Shown here: one piece after another, positions 41,451-52,700 of the stretch
Layout: every line of letters starts with the position of its first letter
Position numbering within the stretch: position 1 is the stretch's first letter
DNA from: an uncultured Planctomycetota bacterium
GTDB taxonomy: Bacteria > Planctomycetota > Planctomycetia > Isosphaerales > Isosphaeraceae
Length of the DNA stretch: 64,000 nt
Assembly: GCA_963823665.1 (NCBI GenBank)
Contig: CAWGMQ010000003.1
Coordinates: 1,088,001-1,152,000 of the forward strand
Reading direction: 5' to 3'
Notes under the pieces: generated by a model
The model's database searches: none
What the model was told of the DNA's origin: nothing
The model's input: the letters and a program-made list of their open reading frames with translations, nothing else
Translations under genes and position numbers: made by a program

Positions 41451-43333
41451 ATGCCGATGGACCTGAGCGAGGGGATCGAGCATCATCGCAGGGGCGAGCT
41501 TGAGCGGGCAGCTCGGGCGTACGAGGCGGCGCTGGCTGAGGAGCCCGCAAAGAGCGGAGGCGCCTGCATCTCCTGGGTCTGGTGGCGATTCAGAAAAGGG
41601 ACGCCCGCCGCGCGCTCGATCTCATCGGCCAGGCGGTCGCCGCTGCGACCCGAAGTCGCCGAGTACCACGCTGGACTCGGCGAGACTTACTGGGCGCTCG
41701 GGCAGCCTGAGCGCGCGGTCGAGTGCTATCGAGAATCTCTGCGGCTGCGGCCTGACAACGCCGGAGGCGCTTTGCAACCTGGGATCAACGCTCTTGCGCC
41801 AGGGGGAGATCGACGAGGCGATCGGCTGCTTCCGTGACGCCTTGCGGCTATTCACCTGGGCTTGCAGCCGCCCATAACAACCTGGGGAACGCGCTTCAGC
41901 TCAAGGGCGACGCAGCCGGGGCCGTCGAGCACTTCCGTGCCGCCGTGCGGCTCGACCCGACGGCAGCAGCGGCCCACAGCAATCTCGGGTTGATCGTCCT
42001 GGAACGGGGCGAGCCGGAGGAGGCGCTCTTGTCCATTGCCGCGAGGCCGATTCGGCTGCGTCCCACACTGCTTGAGGCTCAGATCAATCTCGGCAATGTT
42101 CTGCAGGTGCTCGGCCGACCGGACGAGGCACTTCAATGCTTTCGCGCGGCGATCCGGCTCAAGCCGAACTTCGCGGCCGCGCATGCCGGCCTCGCGGGTG
42201 TTCTGGAAGAGCTTGGAGATACGGCAGGCTCGGGCGAGTCGCTCCGCGAGGCCCTCCGGCACGATCCTCGACACACGGGTGCCCTGGCCCGGCTGGCGAC
42301 CCAGTTGCGTGATAAGCTCCCCGCAGCCGACCAGGCCGCGATCGAGCGACTTTCGACCGAGCCTGGCCTGCCTGCGGCCCGGCGCTGGCCGATGTTATTC
42401 GGCCTTGCACAGGTGTTTGATGCGCGGAGCGAGTTCACTCGGGCCGCCGAATTTGCAGCGAACGCCAACGCGCTCGAATATGCTGATTTCCAAAGACGCG
42501 GACTGGCGTACGACCCGGCGGCACACACGCTTTTCGTCGACCGTCTACTCCAAGCATTCATCCCCGAGTTCTTCACACGGGTGCGCGGGTGGGGCCTGGA
42601 AACGGAGCGGCCTGTGTTCGTCGTCGGCATGCCGCGGTCCGGGACCACGCTGGTGGAGCAGATCCTGGCGAGCCACCCCCGGGTCTTCGGAGCCGGCGAG
42701 CTGCAGCTTGCCCGGAGCGAGTTCAGGACCCTGCCGGAAGTCACCGGCCGTCGCGGAGCCCTCCCGCACGAATGCGTGGGTTACCTCGACCGAAACGCAA
42801 TCGATCAGCTTGCTCGCAAGCACGTGAATGGTCTGGCGGATCGGAATGCCTGGGCAGACCGGGTTGTGGACAAGATGCCGGAAAACACGCTCTACCTGGG
42901 CTTCCTGGCCGCGCTCTTCCCGCGCGCAAAGTTCATTCACTGCCGTCGCGACCTTCGGGACGCGGCGGTTTCCTGCTGGTTGACCGACTTCTGGCAGGTT
43001 CGGTGGGCTTGCGATCAGCACCAGATCGCCTCGCGTGCAGCCGAGTACCGGCGTATCATGGAACACTGGGCTCGCGTGCTGCCCTTACCGGTGCTCGAGG
43101 TTGACTACGAATCGCTGGTCGCGGACCAGGAACGCGTGTCGCGCGAGCTCGTTGAATGGTGCGGTCTGCCGTGGGACAGTCAATGCCTGGAGTTCCACAA
43201 GATGCGGCGAGCCGTTCATACCGCGAGCGCAGCCCAAGTTCGCCGCCCGATCTACCGCTCCTCGGTCGGGCGCTGGAAGCACTACGCGCAACCGCTAGCG
43301 CCCATGTTCGCGGAACTGGAGAAGCTCGTGTGA
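41451..43333 (+). CDS. TPR-repeat sulfotransferase (frameshifts in the 5' part)
   Basis: TPRs; VFVVGMPRSGTTLVEQILASHP; DKMPEN; TASAAQVRRPIY. Confidence 0.88.
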
Positions 43334-43356
43334 AGCCCCGTAACGCCGGTGCGGCC

Positions 43357-45228
43357 ATGGCGATGGAACTGAGGGATGCGATCGAGCACCATCGCAGGGG
43401 CGAGCTTGAGCGGGCGGCTGTGATCTACGAGGCGGCCCTGGCTCTGGAGCCGGAGCGGGCGGACGCCCTGCATCTCCTGGGCCTGGTGGCGCTTCAGAAA
43501 GGGGACGCCCGCCGCGCGGCCGATCTCATCGGCCGGGCGGTCGCCGTGCGACCCGATGAGGCGGACTACCACGCCGGACTTGGCGAGACTTACTGGGCGC
43601 TCGGCCAGCCGGAACGCGCCGTTGCTTGCTATCTAGAATCGCTGCGGCTCCGGCCCGGCAACGCGCATGCACTTAACAATCTGGGATCAACGCTACTGGG
43701 TCAGGGGGGATATCGAGGGGGCGATCGTCTGCCTGCGTGAAGCCATCCGGCTCAATCCCGGTCTCGCCGCTGCTCATGGAAATCTGGGTCGCGCCTGCAG
43801 CTCAAGGGCGAAACGGCAACGGCACTCGTGCACTTCCACGCCGCCGTGTGGCTCGCCCCGAACGTGGCCGATGCCCACAGCAATCTGGGCTTGATCCTGC
43901 TGGAACGAGGCGACCCCAAGACAGCTCTGGTCCATTGCCGGGAAGCCATCCGGCTGCGGCCCAGCTTCGTCGCGGCCCACATCAATCTGGGCAACGTGCT
44001 CCAGGTGCTTGGCCGTCAAGACGAGGCGGAGGAATGCTTCCGCGCGGCAATCCGGCTGGAGCCGAGCACTGCGGCCGCGCATGCCGGCCTCGCGGGCGTT
44101 CTGGAAGAGCTTGGTGAAACTTCGGAGTCGCTCGCGTCACTGCGGGAGGCTCTCCGCCACGACCCCAGGCACACCGGGGCCCTGGCGAGACTGGCTACTC
44201 GATTGCGCGACAGCCTCTCCGAGACCGACGAGGCCGCCATCGAACACCTGGCCGGGGAGCCCGCTCTGCCGCCGGAGGGCCGCTGGTTGTTGCTATTCGG
44301 CCTGACACAGGTCTGTGACGCCCGCGGCGAGTTTGCCAAGGCCGCCGAGCTGGCCGAGCGGGCCAACGCCCTTCAACTGTCGGATTTCCGGCGACGCGGG
44401 CTCGCTTATGATCCGGCCTCACACACGCTCTTCGTCGACCGTCTGCTCGAGAAGTTCACCCCCGGTTTCTTCGACCGCGTGCGCGGCTGGGGACACGAAA
44501 CGGAACGGCCCGTCTTCGTCGTTGGCATGCCGAGGTCGGGCACCACGCTCGTCGAGCAGATTCTCGCCAGCCACCCCCGCGTCTTCGGTGCCGGCGAGCT
44601 GCGGCTCGCCACGAGCACGTTCAACAGCCTGCCCAGCGCGACGCGACATCGCGGTCTTCCCTACGAATGCCTCGATTACCTCGACCGCGACGCAGTTCTT
44701 TACCTGGCCCGCCAGCACCTGGAAGGTCTCGCCGAACGCAATGCCTCGGCAGACCGGGTCGTCGACAAGATGCCCGAGAATACGCTCTACCTGGGCTTGA
44801 TGGCCCTTCTTTTTCCTCGCGCACGGTTCATTCATTGTCGCCGCGACCTGCGTGATTCGGCCCTTTCCTGCTGGATCACCAACTTCGGCCAGGTGCGGTG
44901 GGCCTGCGATCAGCACCACATCGCCACTCGTGCAGCAGAGTACCTGCGGGTCATGGAACATTGGCGCCGGGTGCTGAGCGTGCCGGTGCTCGAGGTTGAT
45001 TACGAATCGCTGGTCGCCGAGCCGGCGAGCGTCTCGCGCGAGCTTTTGGCCTGGTGCGGTCTCGAGTGGAACGCGGCCTGTGCGGAGCCTCACAAAACGC
45101 GGCGGCCCGTGCGGACCGCCAGCGCGATACAGGTGCGCCGCGCGATCTACGCCACCTCGGTCGGTCGCTGGAAAAACTACGCGCAACCGCTTGCGCCGAT
45201 GTTTGCTGAGCTGGAGAATTGCCTGTGA
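43357..45228 (+). CDS. TPR-repeat sulfotransferase, tandem paralog (frameshifts near 43710-43800)
   Basis: Closely similar to 41451-43333 over its whole length. Confidence 0.88.
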
Positions 45229-45241
45229 AGCGTCGCGGCTG

Positions 45242-46109
45242 CTACCGCGCTGGTGCCAGCATCGCACTACGGGGCAAGGGCTCGGCGTGCTGGTCGCGAT
45301 ACAGCTCCCTGGGCTGCTTGAAGAGCCAGGCCCAGTAGACCAGGCCGGCCGCGAAAAGTGCGACGCTGATATTCTGCGAGATCGTCATGCCGGCGAAGAA
45401 GACGCCCTCGTCATTGCGCAGGAGCTCGACCAGGAACCGCGTGATCGGGTAGGTAACCATCAACAGACCGAGCACTTCCCCATCGCGGCGGCGCAGGGGA
45501 TAGTAGGCCGACAACAGGAGCAGGAGGACCAGCCCGTCGAGCGAGGCGTAGATCTGGGTGGGATGGACGGGAAGCGACCAGAGGGCGTCGGGCGAGATCA
45601 ATGTGAGGGCTTCCTGATGCTGCCAGGGAGGCGATTCCCTGGGAAATGAGACGGCCCACGGCAGCGCGCACGAATCACCATAACAGCATCCGTTCAAAAA
45701 GCAGCCGATCCGGCCGAACATGGTCCCGATCGCGACGGAAGGTGCCATCACATCCATGTAGGGTCTGAGCGGGAAGGGCCTGTACCAGCGGTAAACAAAG
45801 AATGCGATCGTGCCGCCGACGATTCCGCCGTAGAAGACGATGCCGCCTTTCCAGTACTGGACGACGTCCCAGGACCGACTTGATTTCGCGCCCCCAGTAC
45901 TCGTAGCAATAGAACAAGCGGGCGCCGACCATTCCCGAGAAGCAGAGCCAGAAGGCCATATCCAGAATGACCTCGGGATCGAGCTTCTCACGCCTTGCCC
46001 GCCATACGGCGAGCCAGGTTGCCGAGATGAACGCCACCACAATCGAGACGCCGAAGCCGAAGACGCGCACGCCGCCGAAGATCGGTAACGTGAACAGAAC
46101 CTGCCTCAT
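45242..46109 (-). CDS. lgt: Prolipoprotein diacylglyceryl transferase (frameshift near 45870)
   Basis: GARLFY, GGIVFYGG, GRIGCFLNGCCYG, HPTQIY, RFLVELLR. Confidence 0.9.
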
Positions 46110-46120
46110 TGGGGGTACCC

Positions 46121-46152
46121 ATTTTGGATTTTGGATTTTCGATTTTGGATTG
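46121..46152. repeat. Heptamer short tandem repeat (ATTTTGG)n
   Basis: ATTTTGG ATTTTGG ATTTTCG ATTTTGG ATTG between panC and lgt. Confidence 0.7.
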
Positions 46153-46160
46153 GGGCTCGC

Positions 46161-47043
46161 CTAGACGCTCAGGAGCATGTTGTCGATCAGGCGGGTGTTG
46201 CCGATGCGGACGGCAAGGAGCGCGACGGCGCGGGTGGCTTCTTCGAGACGCTCGAGCGGCTCCAGGGATTCTGCGCTGGCCAGCTCTGCATAGTCGAGCG
46301 TGGCGAGCGGCTCGGATTCTATCGTTTCCGCGAGAATCTGTCGAACCCGACTGACTTGCCGCTCGCCGGCGGTCGCGGCGCGTGCGTGCGTTTTCGAGCG
46401 CACGGAACAGCACTGCGGCAGCCTCGCGCTCGTCCGGGCTCAAGTAGCGGTTGCGACTGCTCATCGCCAGCCCATCCTCCTCTCGAATGGTAGGGCACGT
46501 GTCAATCTCGACGCCCTGGTGCAAGTCAGCAACCATCCGTCTGATCACGAGTTGCTGCTGGTAGTCCTTCTGGCCGAAGCAGGCGAGATCGGGGCGGACG
46601 ATTTCGAACAGCTTGAGGACGACGGTCGCGACGCCGCGGAAATGGTTCGGGCGGCTGGCGCCTTCGAGGATGTTTGCGAACTGAGGCACTTCTACCGACG
46701 TCGATTCCAAGCCGTGCGGATACATGGTCTGGATACTGGGAGCGAAGACGAGGGTTGCGCCGGAAGCCTCACACACCTGGAGGTCGTTTTCGAGGGCGCG
46801 CGGGTATCGGCTGAAGTCTTCGCGCGGGCCAAACTGGGTGGGATTGACGAAGATCGAGACGATCGTGATGCCGGTCTGGGCGTGACAGCGCTCGATCAGC
46901 CTGGCATGGCCGGCGTGCAGAGCGCCCATGGTGGGAACGAGCCCGATGCGGCGGCCCGATTCACGTGCGGCGGAAACCGCGGTGCGCACGGCGACTGTGT
47001 TCTCGAGCCGCTCAACCACGCGACTCGCTCCGAGGCTTGCCAC
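46161..47043 (-). CDS. panC: Pantoate-beta-alanine ligase (frameshift near 46380)
   Basis: PTMGALHAGH, SIFVNPTQF, RPNHFRGV, FGQKDYQQ, GLAMSSRN, TRLIDN. Confidence 0.93.
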
Positions 47044-47389
47044 CGCGGTGCGGGCACCCGGGGTTGTTCAAGCATTCGTCAGGAATCAGCAGGTCGTCAA
47101 CGACCTCGCCGCGAGAGATTGTGCTGGCCACGATTCGCGGCACGTCGGCAATCGTGACCCGACCATACCAGATACCGGCCGGATAGATGACCACGGTTGG
47201 CCCGTGCTCGCACTGGTCGAGGCAGCCTGCGTGGTTGGCGCGGACCGACGCGCTCGATCCGGCGGCCTTGAGCTCCTTCTTGAACGCCTCACGAAGCGCC
47301 TGTGCTCCCTCGGGGTCGCAACAACCGCGCTTGTGCCCGGGCTCACGGACGTTTCCGCATACGAAGATATGATGGGTAAATGACGGCAT
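47012..47389 (-). CDS. Thioredoxin-like [2Fe-2S] ferredoxin
   Basis: HIFVC..RGCC..AGCLDQCEHGPTVVIYP.GIWY. Confidence 0.9.
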   Translation of the reverse strand: MPSFTHHIFVCGNVREPGHKRGCCDPEGAQALREAFKKELKAAGSSASVRANHAGCLDQCEHGPTVVIYPAGIWYGRVTIADVPRIVASTISRGEVVDDLLIPDECLNNPGCPHRGGKPRSESRG

Positions 47390-47616
47390 GGTGCTTGAAA
47401 AATAGGTCTCCAGTGCGCTCGGCCGCTACGTTTGGCGAAGCATGATTGCTGGCACTAGATTAGCAATTTGACCGTCTCTTTGCAGCATGGGATTTGTTGG
47501 TTGAGCTTGCCCGAAGTTCAGGGCCGGGCTAACATTCCGCGGCGGTCTGGTGATTCGGCGATGCGGGCGGCCTGATTTTCTGGTCGGGCTCGACGATCGT
47601 CTGGCGGTGTTCTCAG

Positions 47617-49371
47617 GTGGTCGATTGCGTGTCGTCGATATCGATTTCCAGCCTCGATGATCCTGGGCCTCTTGTTGCGGCGACTATGTGCGGCGACAGG
47701 GAGCTGGCCAACCGGCGTGTGGAGCGGGTGATCTGGGCTTTCGTGGGCCTGGGCGTGCTGCTGCGCATCGGCCGCTACGCGATGGACTACCCGCTGTGGT
47801 GGGATGAGGCATTTGTTGCAGTCAACTTCATTCGCCGTGACTACCTCGCGCTGCTCAGGCCACTGGACTATGGGCAGGTTTGCCCGGTCCTTTTTTTGTG
47901 GGCCGAGCTGACTGTTGTGAAGTTGCTGGGTTTCACCGAGTGGTCGCTCCGGCTGTTCCCGCTGGTATGCGCCATCTTGAGCGTGGTGCTCTTTCGGCGT
48001 ATGGCCGGCAGTGTCGTGCGGGGCGTTCCCTTGCTGCTGGCCGTGGCGATCTTCGCGGTGGCGTATCACCCGATCCGTCACGCTGCCGATGTCAAGCCAT
48101 ACGCTTCGGATCTCCTGGCGGCGCTCGCGTTGCTCACGCTGGCGTTTGAATGGTGGCGGGAGCCGGAACGGGCCGGGCGCATGTGGGCCCTGGCGGCAGT
48201 TGCACCGATTGCGGTCGCGCTGTCGCACCCGGCGGTGTTCGTGGCCGGTGGAATCGCGCTGGGTCTGTTTCCGTCGGTCGCGAGAGCGAGGCGACGCACG
48301 GTTTGGATTGCCTACGCGACATTCGGCCTGAGCACAGTCGGCGTGTTCGTCGCCTTGTACTTCGCGTTTACCAGGGCTCAGTCAAATTCGACGCTCGCCG
48401 GCATGCAGGCCCAATGGGTGGCGGCGTTCCCGCCGCTGGGCGACCCCGTGAAGCTGGCAGGATGGCTGGCGACGGTGCATACCGGGAGCATGTTCGCCTA
48501 TCCCTGCGGGGGAGAGCGGGGAGGGAGCGCATTGACTCTTTTGCTATTCGCCGTTGGGGCCGTGGCGCTTTGGATCGGGCGGAGAAAGGGGATCTTGCTC
48601 ATTTGCCTGGCGCCGTTCGGACTGACACTGATCGCTGCCGCGATCAAGCGCTATCCGTATGGCGGGGTCGCACACGGGTCGCCCGCGCGGGTGATGCAAT
48701 ATCTTGCGCCGAGCATCTGCCTGCTGGCAGGCTTGGGGTCTGCGACCGTGCTGGGCTATTTCCGCGGCCCTCGAGTTCGGCGATGGGGCTTGCCCGGCGT
48801 GCTGCTGGGGCTCGCCGCGGTAGGGGTACTGCCGCTGGTTGCAGAGGCACGACATCCTTTCCGCGCAATCCACGCTCAGAGAGCCCGCGAGTTTGCGCGG
48901 CAGTTCTGGCCTGAATTCGACCGCGGGGCGGAGCTGATTTGCTTGCGATGGGATCTTGGTGTGGGGGCGTGGGACTCGACGAACCTGAACGTGGCGGTGT
49001 ACTTGTGCAACCAGATGATCTATGCCCCGCACCGGCGGCAAGGATGGGAGGCGCGGTGGCAGAGTGTCTCGGAGGATCGGCCACTGCGGTGCGTTGTGTC
49101 GCTCGAGGACCCGGGTGGAGGCTCGGTGGCCGGCTGGCTGGACGCGATGAAGCAGAACTATCGGTTGAGCCGGTGGCGGCGGATTGATGTCGATATGGGC
49201 GGCACCGTGGCGAACCCCAGGATCGAGCAGTATTTCGTTTATGAGTTTGTGCCGATGCGATCAGCGTCTGTGGCTCGGAGCGAGGGTGTAAACACCCGAG
49301 AGCTCGAGACCGGCACCAACCCCACATATCTTGCCAAAACTGGATTGAAGTCATTGGGCACGGGGCACTAA
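47617..49371 (+). CDS. GT-C fold membrane glycosyltransferase (family 39/83-like)
   Basis: PLWWDEA, YGQVCPVLF, EWSLRLFP, DVKPY, many TM segments; start uncertain. Confidence 0.75.
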   Translation: MVDCVSSISISSLDDPGPLVAATMCGDRELANRRVERVIWAFVGLGVLLRIGRYAMDYPLWWDEAFVAVNFIRRDYLALLRPLDYGQVCPVLFLWAELTVVKLLGFTEWSLRLFPLVCAILSVVLFRRMAGSVVRGVPLLLAVAIFAVAYHPIRHAADVKPYASDLLAALALLTLAFEWWREPERAGRMWALAAVAPIAVALSHPAVFVAGGIALGLFPSVARARRRTVWIAYATFGLSTVGVFVALYFAFTRAQSNSTLAGMQAQWVAAFPPLGDPVKLAGWLATVHTGSMFAYPCGGERGGSALTLLLFAVGAVALWIGRRKGILLICLAPFGLTLIAAAIKRYPYGGVAHGSPARVMQYLAPSICLLAGLGSATVLGYFRGPRVRRWGLPGVLLGLAAVGVLPLVAEARHPFRAIHAQRAREFARQFWPEFDRGAELICLRWDLGVGAWDSTNLNVAVYLCNQMIYAPHRRQGWEARWQSVSEDRPLRCVVSLEDPGGGSVAGWLDAMKQNYRLSRWRRIDVDMGGTVANPRIEQYFVYEFVPMRSASVARSEGVNTRELETGTNPTYLAKTGLKSLGTGH

Positions 49372-49389
49372 AGGTTCCTGGCACCTTTA
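49369..49389. repeat. REP-like palindrome
   Basis: TAAAGGT-TCCTGGC-ACCTTTA; second copy at 59911-59930. Confidence 0.7.
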
Positions 49390-49701
49390 TCGTCGGGGCG
49401 CCAGGGTGAGCAACCGCGGCGGCTGTCCCGATCATTCGTGCCGCCGAAGGGGCTGGAGCCCGAAGGAACTGATGGATAGGATGGACGGCTACGTAAAGCA
49501 GGCCCGGGAGCGGGCAGTTCCCGCCGCCTGCGCCGCCAGCATCAGCGGCTTGTCCGCCAAGAGCTGAATGGCCTCGACGTGGATGCGGTCCCAGACGACA
49601 CGGTCACCCCCGTCGAACGAGAATGCCGGCAGGAAAACCTCCGCTGGGGCGGGTGATCGCCGCCGAGCTACACTCACCGCGTGGAACCGCGAGAGCGACC
49701 G

Positions 49702-52700
49702 ATGAATGAACCGCACGATCCCGAGCAGACGGTGGATAGTCCAACGGTGCGCAGCGGTTCCGTCGATGCGGGCCCGACGGGAGAGGTCACCGCGCCGGCT
49801 GATGCCCCTCGGAGCGTCCTGTCGGAGCTGCGCTCCACGCTGGGTCCGCTGCAGCCGCCGCGCTTGCGCGAGGCCGATGCCCAAACCGCGCAGACGGTTC
49901 AGGCAAAATCCGATGAGAGACCGCGGTCGGAAAACGCCGGCGCCCGGTATCAGGTGTCGGGCGAGATCGCCCGTGGCGGCATGGGGGCAATCCTCCGCGG
50001 GCGTGACATCGACCTGGGCAGAGACCTCGCGGTCAAGGTGCTGCTCGAGAGGTACGTCGACCGCCCGGACATGGCGCGGCGGTTCGTTGAAGAAGCGCAG
50101 ATCGGCGGTCAGTTGCAACATCCGGGCGTCGTGCCGATCTACGACATCGGCCGCTTCGGCAGCCAGCCGTTCTTCACGATGAAGCTGGTGAAAGGCCAAA
50201 CCTTGGCGGCCCTGCTCTGCGAGCGCTGCGAACCGGCCGCGGACCGGCCGCGTTTTCTCTCCATCGCTCTTCAGGTGGCGCACACGCTGGCTTACGCCCA
50301 TGCCAGGGGCGTGATCCACCGTGACCTGAAGCCGGCGAACATCATGGTGGGGAGCTTCGGCGAAGTGCAGGTCATGGACTGGGGCCTGGCTAAAGTGCTG
50401 GCCGCCAACGGGATCGAAGACCAAGAAAAAGCGGGCGAGGCGCATCAAGAACAGGAAAATGTGACGACCGTTCGCACGGCGCGGAGCAGCGGCTCCTTCG
50501 GGAGTTTCGGCACTGACACCGAGGCCGGCTCGGTGCTGGGCACTCCGGCCTACATGGCGCCGGAACAGGCCAGCGGCGACATCGCGAATCTGGATCGCCG
50601 GGCCGATGTGTTCGGCTTTGGCGCGATCCTCTGCGAGATCTTGACAGGCCAACCGCCGTATCTGGGCCGATCGGCCGAGGAAGTTCGTCGTAAAGCAGCC
50701 AATGGGGATCTTGCTGATGCTCGGGAGCGGCTGAAGGACTGCGGCGCCGACGCGGAGCTGATCAACTTGACCCGGGCTTGCCTGGCTCCGGAAGCGGTCG
50801 ATCGCCCCAAAGACGCGCAGGAGGTGGCTGAGGCCCTCACGGCCCATCTTGATGGCGTGCAAGACCGCCTGCGCAAGGCGGAGCTGGCGGAAGCGGAAGC
50901 GAAGACCAAGGCCGTGGAGGAAGCCAAGCGCCGCCGGCTGACGCTGGTGCTGGCGTCGACGGTGCTCTTGGCGATGGCGCTGGGTGGGGGCGGCTTGCTT
51001 TGGGTGAAGGTCGAACGCGATGCGCGCCAGATCGCGCTCTCCCGCGATGTGAACGAGGCCCTGAACAAGGCAACGGTCTTGCGCGAGCAAGCGAAAGCGG
51101 TGACAGCCGGCGGCGCGGCCCTGTTCGCGCAAGCGCGCGAGCAAGCGCAGCGGGCGCTGGCGCTGGTCGAGAACGGCCCCGCTGAATCGGCGCTGGTGGC
51201 CCAGGTGAAGCGACTGCAGAACGAGCTGGACCAGGAGGAGGATGACCGCGCGCTGGTCGCCGCCCTCGACACCGCCAGGTTGGCCCAGGCCGAGACAGTG
51301 AGCGGCGAGAACCGGTTCGCCCGAGAGCGTGCCATTCCCCTCTTTCGAGAGGCGTTTCGGGCGTACCGCTTGGCGGCGGGCAAAGGCGACCCGGCGGCCG
51401 CGGTGGCACGCATCCGGGAGCGGCCGGCGCCGGTGCGAGAAGCGCTATTGGCCGCACTGGACGAGTGGGACGACCTGGCGGACAACCCGATTTACCGAAT
51501 CAATGAACCGCACCGGGAGTGGCTCCGAGCCGTTCTCGAGGCGGCCGAGCCCGGCGACGGCTGGAGCGGGCAAGTGCGGACCGCCCGTCGGGAGAGCGAC
51601 GTCGCCAAGCGGCGCGCGGCGCTCGATGCGCTGGCCGAGGCAGCCGACGTCCGCAAGATACCGGCCCGGGCGCTGACCAGACTCGCGGGCAAGCTCGGGC
51701 CGGCCCAACAAGCCAAACTGCTGCGGCGAGCCCAAGAACAATACCCGGCTGACTTCTGGCTCAACCACGACCTGGGGTGGGCGCTGCAAACCGTGACACC
51801 GCCTGAGAACGACGCGGCCGTGCGTTTCCTGACAGCCGCGGTAGCCCTGCGCCCGGCGAGCCCGGGGTGCTACGTCAACCTGGGCATCGCACTCCGCGGC
51901 CAAGGGCACATTGACGAGGCGATCGCCTGCTACCAGCGGGCCCTCGAACTCGACCCGAATTACAGCGCGGCCCACACCGGGCTCAGCCATGCGCTGTTCG
52001 TCGGGGGCCAAATCGAGCCGGCCATCGTCAGCCTGCGGAAGGCGATTGAACTCGCGCCGGAGAACACATGGGCACTCAGTGGACTGGGTGCGATTTTGTG
52101 CGACTACAAGCGCGATTACGACGGGGCACTCGAGTATTTCCGTAAGGCCCTTGAGCTCGAACCGGATATCGCGGGGCATCACTACAACCTGGGCAATGCG
52201 CTCGTCGGAAAACGTCGACTCGACGAGGCGATCGCATCCTTCCGCAGGGCCACTGAACTCGACCCGAACCTTGCCTCGGCCCACATGAAACTCGGCTCCG
52301 CCCTGCGTGACAAGGGCCGGGCCGGCGAGGCGATCGCCAGCTCTCGCAAGGCCGCCCTACTCGACCCGAGGTCGGCTGAGGCACACTACAACCTGGGTAA
52401 TGCGCTGCGGGACAACGGTCAGATCGACGAAGCTATCGCCAGCTTCCACAAGGCCATCGAGCTCGACCCGAAGTTCGCGCGAGCGCACTACGCTCTGGGC
52501 AATGCGCTCCGGGACAACGGTCAGATCGATGAAGCTATCGCCAGCTTCCACAGGGCCATCGAGTGCGACCCGAAGCACGCCGAGAGTCACGTGAACCTGG
52601 GCGCCCTGCTGTGTGATTTCAAACGGGATTACGCGGGTGCGATCGCTTCGTTCCGCAAGGGCATTGCGCTCGAGCCAAAGCTGGTGGTTGCGCATTTCAA

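Noticed and set aside
9493..51144. Long antisense ORFs such as 9493-10605, 21287-22669 and 49489-51144
   Set aside because: Shadow frames of real high-GC genes, with no motifs of their own.
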